Of a DNA stretch of 33,627 bases, positions 1-13,172 are shown piece after piece. Below the pieces are notes generated by a model. The model saw only the letters and a list, made by a program, of their open reading frames with translations. It did not search any database and had not been told where the DNA came from. The stretch is taken from positions 70,131 through 103,757 of the forward strand of contig PS015141.1 in assembly GCA_048213135.1 (NCBI GenBank), given 5' to 3'. The DNA comes from Reclinomonas americana ATCC 50394. Lineage: Eukaryota. The translations under genes and the position numbers were made by a program. The stretch's first letter is position 1. Each line of letters starts with the position of its first letter.

Positions 1-57
1 TCTCTCTCTCTTTCTGCGTGCGACTCACGTGCACTCACACCGGTGGTATGCCACCAG

Positions 58-512
58 GTGTGCGTCTTTGCGTACTACTACGTGCGGACATCGATGCGCG
101 AAATGACTGACTTTTTCCGCTTCACCGTGCACGTTGCGTGTGCATCGTCTGCTTTTTTTATTTGCTTGCTTGCTTCCCGAGACTCTTACGCGACGTCGGC
201 GTTTCGTGTGTGTGCTCGCAGACCCGCATGTTGCGTCATGATGGAAACATTCTTTTTGGGATCCCTCCGATCTCCGATTCTCACCTCCCTGGCATGCAGG
301 TTGGTTCCCTTCTTGTTCGCCGCTCTGTACTTGGCCGGAGTCTTGCCGCTGTTGCGCGTGTGCTATCCCCTTCGGCCCCTAGTCCCCCCCACTCGCCCAC
401 CCACCCCCTCGTCGTGCGCAGGAGTCAAGTGCTTGCTGGCGTCGGCGACGGCCTCGGCGCGCTGTGGACGGCTTTGGCCCTCAAAAAGGACGGCCACAAG
501 GTATTCGTGTGA
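58..512 (+). CDS. 3' part of a small multi-pass membrane protein (5' end lies before the window)
   Basis: Exons 58-132, 222-229, 300-350 and 422-512 join in frame to give VCVFAYYYVRTSMREMTDFFRFTVH-TRM-LVPFLFAALYLAGVLPL-SQVLAGVGDGLGALWTALALKKDGHKVFV*, with three hydrophobic segments. All three introns are GTTGCG..CAG. The last few codons could instead be spliced out. Confidence 0.7.
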
Positions 513-586
513 CACATCTGTGTCACTCACTCCTCCCCCGTCTCCTGGACAGAGTTGTTGTCATAAACAGTTTCATTATATCTCTA

Positions 587-3500
587 TTATCGTGGCAAGA
601 GTGGCTCCTGTAGTGGTGCTCCTCCTGCCTGCTCCACTTGCTGTTGTGGGAGTGGTGGTCTCGATTGGCGCCTGAAGCTGTCGTCGATTGGGAGCATCCG
701 AATCGACGTGCGGCTGCGCCACTCGTCATCCCTGGTGTTGTCGTTGATTCCTTTTTCGTCGTCCTCCCCATTATCGTCATCGTCATCGTCAACATCACCC
801 CCGTCACCATTGAGACGCGGAGTCGTGCTCGCATCGGTGGTGCCGTCGTCGAGTTCCAACTTGCGGCCACGAATGGAGGAGCGCACTCGCGTAAGCAAGT
901 CGCGCGCCCGCTGCCACATTTGCAGCACGATTGGGATGGCCAGCACGGCACACGTGACCGACACCAGGACGAGACCGGCCACTGTCTGGAAGCCCGTGTC
1001 CGTGCGCGAAGCAAACACACTGGAGATGACCACCATTGACGCCAAGGACACATTCTCCAGCATGTTGTTAACCGGACTAATGTACGCCGGCCACACGATC
1101 TGCACCACAAAGAACGATACGCAGGCCGTGAACAGAGCCATGGGCAGTGGTCCCAACGCGTCGTTTCTGGCCAGGGGGAAGAAAATGGCCAGCAGAATGA
1201 CGCGGCGCAACAGCTGCAGCGCCTCCCAGTAGATCATGTTTGGTCGGTAGTTGAGATACAGCGGCTCTGTGACACGCATATGCATGAGGGAACAATTTTC
1301 TCACTCACTCTCTCGCGCGTGCACACGTACCGTAGCGAACGCGGTTTTTCCGCGAGAACGACGAGGCACCGCCGTGGCGCTGCACGTACCACATGACACC
1401 GAAAAGGACAACGGGGAAAGCCAACAGCACGCCCAGAAAGAAGCCAAAGAAGACTCGCAGGCCGGCAAACACGCTGGACGGGTGGGGGCTGCACTGCACG
1501 CTCGGCTGCAGCAACACATACGACGCGGCACCGACAGACTTGCACGCAAACACGCCGATACACCTGTTCTCACACGGTGTCAGGGTCGATAAAGTCTCTG
1601 CATGGGCGACAGGACGCAACGTCTCCAACAGGCCCTGGTATGCACCTACAGCAGCTTGCACCAGTGAGTTCACATGCCACACAACCGTTGCCATCGTTTG
1701 AATGCACGCACCAATCGCAAACACAACCGAGCTGCGAATGTATCGCGACACCGAGGCCGTGGATGAGATGAATTGTCGCACTCGCATGAGCTTGTCTGAC
1801 GCAGGGGCATCTGCAGGCGGTCGAAGCCACAGGCGTAGCAATCGATGGATGGCAAAAATGCACCACAGCGCAACAAAGTTCGCCAGCGGTAGTAGCACTG
1901 TAGGATGTGTCAGCAGGCGGAGAGAAAGTAGATTTTACCACCTATACTGACCTTGTGTCAGGAGCTCGCCGACACCGTCGACAAAGAACGGGCACGATTC
2001 GCCGACGGGAATCCAGAACTTGACCAGGCGCGCCACATTGAGCACGGTGATATTCGGGTACCTGCGGCCGCCGAGCATGAACAGTCAAGCTAGTTCAGCA
2101 TTATACGAAGCTGTGCTGCGTCTTACACAAAACTCACCAGAGTAGGCACATGGACTGGAGAAAGAAGAAAATCATCTGTACCACGGCGCATTCAGTCACG
2201 ACGGGAAGCGAGAGTGCATCCATATGCGGCGGGTCTCGCGTACCTTGGTGGCTGCCACAGCTCCGCCTTGCGAGACCACGTGTTGCAGCAGTGCAATGAG
2301 GAACACTTTCAGGATCAGCCATGTCAGCGGCCAGGCGCTATTGTCGGTGCATTTGACACAGGAGGCATCCCATGATGCGAACCCGGGCTGCGCGTGTATG
2401 TGTGCGCGCGCAAGTGAGTTGCTAGTGCACAAAGTCGACTCGTGTGCGATGAATGCTGCTTACCAGGCACTCGCCACACAGCACAGAGGTCTCCTGCCGG
2501 TTGGAACCCGGTTCGCACAGCGATCCCCACGTTCCTGTGTGGCGGCTACTGTCAGAAGCCCATGCTTGCGGCAAAAAAAGGCAATCGGTGCAAACTCGGC
2601 GCACGAAACTTGCACCATCTGGCGAATTGCACCACGTGTACGGACACAACCATGTATCGACAAGTGCCGACGAGTTCGTCTGATTGTATGCTGCCAGAGG
2701 CCACGTCCAGTAGTTGCTCTCGATCAGCAGATTAGAACCTGTCGCATAAGCTCACAAATCAGTCACACGAGGCATTGATGAACGGAGTGCGTGCGTAACC
2801 TCCAGGACACAGTAGGTGTGGGTTGTCTGTACATGGATCACTGCCGCCGGTGGAGCACGAACACTTGACACACTGCTGATTGGAGACTAGGGTGCCGAGA
2901 TTGTACGAGTCGTAGGGGCACGTCTGCAGAGTCGCTCATGAGAAGTAATGCGCATTCTTTGTCTTCCGACTGTGAACATGAGATGACGCACCAGGCAACC
3001 GCGGTCATCTGCATACTCTTCGCCGACATCGCAGGGCGACAGGGGGATCTGAACATTCAACTGATTCTGGAGCGGCACACTCAGAGCAGCGATTTGCATC
3101 TCCAACATCAGCGGGCCACGACGGTCCGAGGCGTAGGGCACAACGATAATGCCGTCATCCGACGAAACGAGGCGTTGCTGCGGCCAGTTCAATCAGTCAC
3201 AGTGGTGGTGGTGGTTCGCCCACGCACAACACACAGCGACGACATGTAGCTCACCGCTGTTCGACACGCCGTGCAGTTCACTTGCACAATGAACTGCGCA
3301 CACGGCACACGTGTGAGCACCGAAAACCAACGAGTATGCACTTGCAGATCCACCACGCAACGCCGTCCAGTGTGCGTGTGCGGTATCCACTGACGTCCAC
3401 CAACTCCACTGTGACATTATACTCGGTTCCAGAAAACACAGGCACCACATCCGACAGCAGGCGCATCATGATCGGGGCTGTGCGAAGTGCGATGTGCTTC

Positions 3501-6500
3501 ATGAGCACAACGACGGAAACACTGGCAAGAAAGACACTGCCCGCTGCACGAAACTCGAGCCCATGTTGTTGCCGTACTCGGCACTGTTTGGACCAAACAG
3601 GCAGTTCGACAGAGTGCTTTGCGAGATTTGCGGCAGCGAGCGCAACACCGTGACCAAGGATGCTGGTGCCACACAACCTTGAGTCTGACAAAAGAACGCT
3701 GTCCATGCTTCGAAGGGGCTCTACATGCTTACCAGAGAAGAAAAGTGCTCCACCTCCACCACTTCCAGCAATATCTCCGCGAGCTCCGGCGCTGATATGC
3801 GGCGCGGATTAGCACTACTACTCGCAGTCGACGAGAGAGACAGAAAGGGCAGAATGGATGCTACGCACGAGAAAACGGCCGCGTTTCCACTAAAGATACT
3901 TGAGGAGATCGTCACGGCCGGAGAAGAGTACGTCAGCTGCCGCCGCAGCCCGAGAAACCCCGTTGAGTGAGCTCACGCACACGGGAGAGCGAAAAAGAAG
4001 CAAACACTGGCAACCAACGCAACAGCAATGGAGATGGCACCGCCGAGACTGGCCGAGTTGCTCGCGAACTCGGTGGCGCTCACTCGACAAGTGGCATAAT
4101 CATCATCCACAATGTTCGGCTGCGCGTTACCGCACCATCTACGTGTGAGACCCAACGGAAAAAGACGCAGGAAAAATGCGCCCCAAATATGTTGTCATAC
4201 CGGTTGCAAGAATGCCATGGCGCCACCAGAGCCTGCAGCACGCGCTGTACGGTAAGCAGCCTTGCGTTGTACACGATGTGGCTGTTGTTGCTCACCTTGT
4301 GCCGAGTTGCCAACAAACTGATTTCCAATGACAGTGACAACGGCATCCGAGTCAACGTACATCGCACCGCCATCGACTGCCGCCTTGTTGCTGAGAAACG
4401 TGCTACCGCTGAGCAGCAGAGCCGACAGATTGGTTCGCGCGGCAATCGCACCGCCACTCCAGGCGGCGGTGTTGACAGAAAAGTAACACGATACGCATTG
4501 ATACTGCGCCCCGTTCACCTGTGCATTATTGGAGAGGTGGTGAGAGTGAGCGCGCATCCACAAAATCTGATTGCGTGCAGACTACGATGACGCACCAACA
4601 CGGCGCCTCCATATCCCGCATCGGAGATTGCCGTGTTGTTGGTGAACACCGAGTTGATGGAGGTGCAGTTGGCGAGGAATGCGGCAGCAAGCATGCTGTG
4701 CGGAAAACAGTGAGGTCCATACACAAGCGACATACGCAAGTGGATAACAAAACGCAACAGCGCTCCTCCTCCTTCTTGTGTAGCGAGGTTCTGGCTGTAC
4801 GACGCCTTGTAGTCCAACCATGTTGCCAGGTCCAGAACCTAGCGAAAGAGCAGAGAGAGAGAGAGAGAGAGGAGGGTGAGCTCGCGCTGTACTGTCGCGC
4901 AGGGCGCGGGTGACCAGACATGTGCACGCAACAGCAACTGCGGTAGAGAATATTGAGGGAATGGCATGCGAGAATCGACAATCATGAGTAAGCCCGAGCA
5001 CGCTCACACGATGCTTCAACACGAGATGCACCTGCTCCACCACCGGAGGCACCGTTGACGGAGAAGATGCAACTGCTGCACGACGCGCTCGCTTGCTGCA
5101 CACGGACGTTAGATGTGTGCTTCAGCAGCAAACAAGCACCGAGACGGGACTCACTTGATCGACACAAATGGCCCCACCGCGAGTCATGGCGATATTGTTG
5201 TTAAAGTACGTAGATGAAACGGTGATGCTTGACAGCCCTGTGTGCGTGTCACGGTTACACACTGACGTAAGTCGACTGCGGCAGAGTGACCAGCACGCAA
5301 CCAGAAGCATAGATCGCTCTGCGTCACACATTCACACACACGCACACACGAGCCATTGAGAGAGCAGAGAAAGGTGACGTGAAGCACAGGTTGTAACCAA
5401 CCCGCCAAAAGCACCCTGCGCCGAATTGCCGACAATGCTGCACCCGGAGATCGACGCTGTCGAGTCCTCTGTTACGAAAGCCGCGTCAGTTGATTCGACA
5501 CGTTGGTATGGAATGCAATGTTGTAAGCGCACCGAATGTCGTAATGACCCCACCAAAGTTAGCGGCGTTGCCATACTGCAGGACAAAGTACGTTGTTTCA
5601 GAAGAGTTGCAAGAACAACCTCACAACAATCCTCCCTATGCACACCGCACCACAGTACAGTTCAGCAGTGTCACTGCGCTGTTGGCAATGGCGTGAATGA
5701 CGCCGCCGAACAGGGCGACATTCGAATATAGCGACGAAGAGACGATGTACAGTTGCTGTGCGAACGGCAAGTGAGTTCAACGAAAGAGTCCGTCCGACGA
5801 CCACTCGTTCGTGTGAACCCTCACCGCATTGCTTGCGGCATAGAAAGCACCGCCTGCATGTGAACATGGGGAAGGCTGAGTCGCCAGTCAGCAGTCATGC
5901 TTTCGCACGCAACACACACACACCTTGGCCGGTGTTTACGGCCGAGTTGCCTTGCACGGTTGTATTCTGCAACAGGAGTACAGCCACAGTTTCCGACACC
6001 GCCGCACCTCCTCCCTACACATACGTAAGTCAAGGTATGTACGGGTTATCTCAATCTCCCACAAACAGAAGTACCAGAGCGGCAGTGTTGAAGCTCAACA
6101 CAGAATCGGTCAGTGAAATGTGACTTGACCTGGTGAGAGTGAAAAAATCAGCGATAGTAGGATGGCAAGCGAAATCCGCGACGGTCACGCACGTGAGGCA
6201 AACGATTCCGCCGCCGAGGTGTATGGCTGTGCACAGCAGGGAGGGGGCAGTCGGCGACTGTCATGTCAGGAGTTAAGCAAGAGCAGATGTGACGCGCACC
6301 AGAGTTGTAGGTGATGGTGGACCGCGAGACATCCAGCAACTGATTGTTAACCGCATCCGAGAACCCTACCACACTCAAGAATGAGCATCACGTTCACGAA
6401 ATCTTTGTTACTCACATGCACACACACACACGCACCAGCGAGGCCAGCGCCATCGTACGCAGCATTGTACGACAGTGTGATGTTGATGAAAGATGCGGGG

Positions 6501-9500
6501 AGTGAGGCATAAATACCGCCACCAAAGAAGGCGTAGTTGCTGAAGAACTGTGAGTCGGTAATGTTGCCACCTGCAAAGCAAGGTCAGGGGAGATAAACCG
6601 AAAAGGAAAGCGTGCGTAGCAAAGGCAGTAACAAACCGCGCAGTAGGACGACAGCACCACCATATCCGGGTTGCTGCACCAGTGCCTCGGTGACAGAATT
6701 GCTGACGAACAATGACCGGCTCAATTTTCTGCCACAGATCACGACCATCGTGTCAGCGACAGCACGCAGAACATCAACAACTCGGAGCACATCATCAATA
6801 CGAAACACCACGTCGCTCAAGAGATACGCAGCACCTCCTATTTGGCTTGTTAGAATGCAGAGACGATACGGGATGGACAGAACGAAGGAGAGCACTTTTT
6901 TGTCTCACCTCCCGAGTACGTATCCGAAGGCGGAAACACAAGGTACCCGTCTTGCGAGAGACCGGGAGCGGTGCAGTTGACCACCGAGCAGCTGGAGAAG
7001 GTCACCTGGTCCACGGTGGCACCATCGGAGGCAAACACAAAGATGCCACCGCCGCCAATGTTGGAGGATCTGCGTGAATTAGTGGACCGTGTAAGCAAAG
7101 CCGGCCACAGTCGACATGTCGTCTACGCCAATGCACGCAACGGAATGTTGCTGCCACCGGCCGACGGGGCATTATTTTGCCCACCAGCACCCGAGTTGAC
7201 CACAGAGCAGTTGGTAAACTGCGTTTGCGAGATTGTGCCACCAGCCCTGTGCCGTCGTGGGAATGCGTGAGCAGGTGCGCTCGCTTGGCAAGCGTGCAAA
7301 CAACGGCTACACACCAGCCAGCAATGTACAGTGCACCACCTGCGTAGAAAGTGAGTAACGTGCGCGCACAAAGCACAGCGATCGTGCAACGCCTCACCGC
7401 CTGTATACGAGCCCCCAGTGCCGGCACTCATCAGCGCCCCCACCTGCACCAACACGATGTTAGAATTGACTGCCAACACACAAAAGAAAAAAAAGGTGAG
7501 CACACAACGTTATCTGCACAGTGCATTCACAAGAACAATAGCAGTAAGTCAGTTAGCGTCAGGGAGAGGCACAAGTGAGAAACAAAAAAGCTCAGCGCAA
7601 CTGGATCCGCCAGAGGATACGCGTGCAAGCTGCATCGGCCGAGTGTGAGAGCCGTAAGCGACAGCATTGAGATGGCAGACGACACAAACCATGTTGGATT
7701 GAAACCGCGATCGCGAAAGAGTCATGGTGCCGCCTGTGAGGAACATTCCACCACCGCCGAGAAAGCTCGCACCAAAGCCAGCCGTGTAGGAGGTGCCAGC
7801 GCAGTACGAGCCACCAAGGCCGCTGTGCGGTGCGGCACGCAGCAGTCAGGGTGAGGAGCGCGTTTGTGAAACGAGTTCAATACCCAAGACAAACCTGTCT
7901 GTCATGGAACAGTTGGTCAAGTAGAGCTGGTCGGCTGTTACGAGACCTCCGACGAGGATGCACCCGCCGCCAACAAAGATACCGGCCGAAGCGCACGTCC
8001 CTTGCGCTGTGGTGCGGCAATGAGATTAAAGGCGGATGTACATGCCGGTGACACAACGCGGAAAAACTACTTGCCGCTGCTTGTGTTATTCCTGCCGCCG
8101 TTGGAGACGTGGACGACCTGCAGCGAAAAACAACACAGCCTCGTTGTGTCACACTGCTGGTCGCACGAAGGGGGTGCGCAGTCTGCGAACCTGGCTGTTG
8201 CTGAAATGGAGATTTTGGAGCACCATGGGTGCGTTCGGCGAGCGTGCAAAGATAGTTCCTGGACACCCAAATCACGTGGGCCTGCTGTTTATGCACCCAC
8301 GGGGAACAAAAGTTCACTCACCACCACCAATGTACGGACCGCCGCCACCAGGTGCACTGGTCGCCGACAGAACCACGTTATTGTTTCCACCTGCAACTCA
8401 ATCGAGTCGGTGACAGCACAAAAATGGAGCTCATCGTGTATGTATGCAGATCTCACCGTTTCCGCTTGACGACACTGTGGAGTTGGTGAATTGGGACGAC
8501 GTTACGTTAAGCGCACTGTTGCTGTAGATACAACCGCCTGTCCAGTGCAACCGAAGATCAGCGACGCGCGCACACAACTAGGCACTGTCGCTTTTTCAAC
8601 TCGCCTCCGCACAACCCAACACTGTAGCCGACAGAGGAAGAGGCTGACGAATTCGAGCCGGCGTTGCAGATTTCGCTCACAGAGCAATACAGAAACTGGC
8701 TGTCCGTCACCGTCAGCGGACTCGCGGTGAAAATGGCGCCTGGGATAGAGGGGAAAAGAGCAATGAGTTTCCACCACCTGATATCGAGATACAAGCAAGC
8801 AAATGACGCACCGCCACCAGACTCGGATCCACCAAGTGCGGCCGATGTTTGAGCCAGCAAGTGGTAACTAATCAGTAGATACGCGGTGAGTGAGCGTCAC
8901 AGAGAAAGAACTGCAATGCGTGCGCACCTGCCACCGTTGGCTGAGTTGGTGAAGCGAGAATTCTCAAACAAACAATTGGACACGACAGCCAGCGTGGAAC
9001 CACTCGAGACAAACATCGCACCGCCGCCGCACAGCGGTCCACCGCTCCCTGCCGCACCTGGCGAGTCGCGAGAAGTAAGGCCCGGCCCAGACGGACACGC
9101 ACTCATACACGCACGCATGTGCAATACCTGCGACCGATGAGGAGTTACCACCGTTGCACAAGGTGGAGACGGTGGAATTCGTCATTGTCGAGTTCAGCAA
9201 AGCGAAATTGCCGCCATTAACAAACAAGGCTGCAAGCACAAAATGAGCGCGCACGACGGAAGCGCAATCTACGATGAAGGGTGGCGCACCACCACCACCG
9301 GAATTGGAACCAGCACTGGCCACGGTAGAGGTACCGACGCCGCCACTGCCACCATTGTTGGCGTTGATAAAGGTCGAGTTGACAAATGTTAAACCTGAAA
9401 GAATGGCAGACTGAGGGTCGACAGCAGTGAAGAATACGGCGCCGCCTCCGCAGGCTGTGCGTGGGGAGGAGAGAGACGTAAGTGACTTGCGGGTGCATAT

Positions 9501-12500
9501 CGAGGCACAGTGAAGGTGTGTGATCGGCAGACACGGAACTTGAGCCACCGCCCACCGCAGCACCCTGTCCGAACACTATGGCCGTTATCCCACTGTTGCA
9601 CACGTCCTGCGCGCAATCACGAAGGTCAGAAGGAGGGAATCACACAAGCCAAGAAAAAAGTGCACTCAACTTGGACCATGTTATCGATGAACGTGCAGTT
9701 GACGATGGCAGTCGAGACGCCTTGCATCTGCAAATAGAGAGCACCGCCACCGCTGTAGTCACCCCCTGCAAGAAAATCGTAAAGTTGATCGATAAGCACT
9801 GTGGTCAGTTGCACGGAGGAAATGACAACAAGGATTCGTACCGACGCCCGCAAGGCCGTAGCCGGTTGTACCGATGCCACCATTGGCCGAGTGTAATACC
9901 CTGCACCATGACCGAGGCAACGTGAGGTCACACAACCACCACCACCATCGCGCACCCACGGTCCACGTCACCTGTTGCCGATGAATGTGGTGCGAGAGAT
10001 TGTCGCATTTTGCACCGTGGACATTTCGCAGAACACGGCACCACCGCCCACATAGTCACCACCAGTCGAAACCTCAGACACTGGGGTCGACGGCGCGTTG
10101 CGATTTTGTACCCCACCAACGCCAGTGTTGATTACCCTGAGAGCTCCCACGTCAACAACAAATACCACCACAAGCTCGGACTGATTGAACGCACAGGTTG
10201 TCGCTGAAGTAAGAGTCGCTAATCAGAAGGCCGGTAACTGGACTGGCACCAGGCAGCGCAGGAAAGAAAATAGCACCTGCAAGCGCACGCCACGTGAGCA
10301 CGCATGCATACTTGCACAATGCTTCCAGAAGCGCACGCGAGTACCTCCACCGCAGGATTGCTGGCATCCACCGCCCACGTTTGACGATTGAGTACTGGTG
10401 CCACTCAACAGGCCCTGCGAATAGCTGCCACCATTCGCGCTCCCCGCGACCATGTTGCCGGTGAAAGTGGAGTTGGTGACAAACAGCTGGTCTCCACGTG
10501 CCATAATTGCGCCACCTGCACAAGAAGATCAGGATAGTATTGTCTTCCTACTGAGACGCACGCACTCCACACGTACCACCGACAAAACTCCCAGCTTGAG
10601 CAATCGGATTGGTGGAGGTAATCTGCGATGAGCATGTGAGTGGAGAGTGGCAGCGATCAGCTGAAGCAAGGTAGTTGTTTACGCAGACCGCCCAGTTGGT
10701 GCCACCGTTGCCGGTGGTGACGACTGAGTTATTGAACGCGGTGACACCTGTTACAATGGTGGCGCCAAACGCCAGCAGGGCACCACCTACACCCAGGAGC
10801 GCACTGGTGGGCCACAAAAACACCTCAGTGCAGCACAAACAATAAAAAACGAACCTCCACAGTTTACGCATCCTTGTGCGACGACAAAGGTCAGCGGTGT
10901 CTGAAGTTGCTCTGTCTGCTCGCTGTTTCCGGCGCTGCCGCTGTTCACAACTACGCGTGGTACAGAAGAAACATGAGACCACAATACATCTTCCCTGACT
11001 CTGAGGGAGAATGACAAACCGTAGTTGCCGATCATTTGCACATCGACCAAAGTCACAGCGAGTGTGAATAGCGCACCGCCACCGATTCCGGTGCCGCCTG
11101 TGGCAAGCGATCCACTGACGATTACCAGCACCGACCCAGAATTGCCGGTGTTTTGCACCGAGTTCCCCACAAACGTCGACGACGATATTGTGGCGAGTGA
11201 AGTTCCCGCAGGTAATGGACTCGCACTCAAAATTGCACCGCCGCCTACAAGCAACAAGGCATAGTGAGCAGTTTCACACGAGACTGCAATTCGCACGACC
11301 GGCCTCACCACACGAATTTCCTCCGACAGCCTGTGACAGCTGGAGCTGCGGAATGTTGTTGACATTAGTGACACTGCTGAACAGGCTCCCAGTGCAAGAA
11401 TTCAGCACTGCGTTGGCGGCGAAGCTGGAGTGCGAGATGGTTACGTTGGACATGACAAAGATAGCACCCCTGGAAAACACAGAGGTGTAAGACAGGAAGT
11501 ACAGTCGCACTCAAAGACAACTTTGCCTCACCCCCCGACGTTGTCACCACCAGAGTTTGCGGGAGGTAGCATGTTCAGGAACATTAACTGAGCATCGGAC
11601 GCAAACAGGGAGTTGGCGGTGTTGTTGACATAGTTGTTGGTGAACACAGACGTGTCGATGGAGGTCACCGCTGTGCGGAATGCGCGACCACAGACGCGTA
11701 AGAATGAACGAAATTATGATTCACGTGCACCGACCGCGCTCGACTCCACGCGTACCGTTGGCGAAGACGGCACCGCCCCCAATAAAGGAACCGCCAGAGT
11801 TCAAGCTTCCGCCACTGTTGCCGCAGTTGTTGACTTGATTGCCTGCAGTTGCGAGACAACAGTAAGAGCGGGTGCGCACGCACACACACGACCATCACCA
11901 CACGTTACAAACCAACAAACGTGGCGTTGGCAAAAGAGAGAGTGGTGGCCACAACCGCCAGCGCACCACCACCACTCCCGTAGCTGGCAACCACATTGCT
12001 CACAGAGTTTTGGTAGAACTGGCTGCTTAGCACGGACACCGAGGAAACCAGGTAGGCGGCTGCGGCACCGCCGAGTCCCACATTCGTACTGACGCTTGGC
12101 GTCTGCAAATTTCCGACGACGGTGCAGTTGGAGAAGCGCGAGTTGCTGATCGTCAGCGCAGTAGTCTGCAACGTCGGTGCCACCAGCAGCGCACCGCCCA
12201 TCGAGTTGCCGGCACACGCAATGTTGGAAAACGTGCACGACTCCACTTGCACTGCAGCCACAGTGGCCGTGATCAGCACTGCGCCACCGCACTGCCACGA
12301 AACCGGCGGCTGCGTCGACGCGTTGGCAAAACTCGAACGCAGCACTTGCACACTGCCTGTTCCACCACCACCACCACCACCACCACCCACAATCAGGCCG
12401 CGCGCGCCAGTTACTTGGCAGTCGGCGACCACCACTGACGGCTGCGCTGCTCCGAGGACGGCGGAGACGAACGCGCTCTGCTGCTCAGCAGCGCTCAATG

Positions 12501-13009
12501 TGGTCGAGGGAGACACTGAGAACTGCAGTCCCTGCAGCACCAGCGACGCACTCGACGAAGTGAACGCCGGTAGCGAAGTGGCCACCAGGTGCACACCGCC
12601 GACCGTGGTGCTGTTCAGCAACACTCGCGACTGACCGAGTCCATCCAGCGTCAGCGACGAAGTCCCCAACGTGTACACTCCGTCGGTGAGAAGCAGCGTG
12701 TAGTCGCCAGTGCACGATGCAAACGTCATGGAGGTGAGCGCCGTACTCAGCGAGCAGGCCGTCGCAACATCCGCACCACAAGGTGCGTTCGTCAATCCCA
12801 TCGGCGACACATTGACTGCGGCCGCGGGGGAAGGTGAGAACGAAGATGCTCTCACGCCAGCAGTGTAGGTGCACGCAACTCAGACACGATGTCGCGGCGT
12901 CCACTGCCACAAACGTCAGCGTAATGCTCAGCAGCAACGCGGCTATTAGACATGGGGGTCGACGACGCGCATGACGACCGCCGAGAGGAGGCGGCATCAC
13001 CACTCGCAT
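587..13009 (-). CDS. Very large multi-exon surface/membrane protein: signal peptide, many Pmp-like beta-helix repeats (FxxN...GGA[ILV]), Cys-rich segment, C-terminal multi-TM domain, acidic tail
   Basis: N-terminal hydrophobic stretch LIAALLLSITLTFVAVDA. Recurrent repeats such as FSNIACAGNSMGGALL, FVGNSVQ..GGGALF, FNNNIAMTRGGAI, FTNNTAISDAGYGGAV and FLSNKAAVDGGAMY. Then CPYDSYN..CVKC..CPGGSNLLIESNYW..LCGECLPGF, TM helices and LYLNYRPNMIYWEALQLLRRVILL. Stop at 587-589; ATG at 13009 or 12997. Many junctions were checked in frame, but not all. Confidence 0.8.
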
Positions 13010-13172
13010 TCCGGTGATCGGAATACCAAAGCGTGACACACTCTCACTCTACGCGCACCCGACTTGACTCCCACCCTTCCGTCGTTCTTTGCTTGTCCCA
13101 CCACCTCATGATCTGCAACTTCGCACCATGTGCAACTTCATTGTCGACGTCGTCAAACTGATTCACCACCAG

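Noticed and set aside
11590-11606. GTTTGCGT as a doubly shifted donor
   Set aside because: The frame reads through (LFASDAQLMF..) to a normal GTGAG donor, so no intron is needed.
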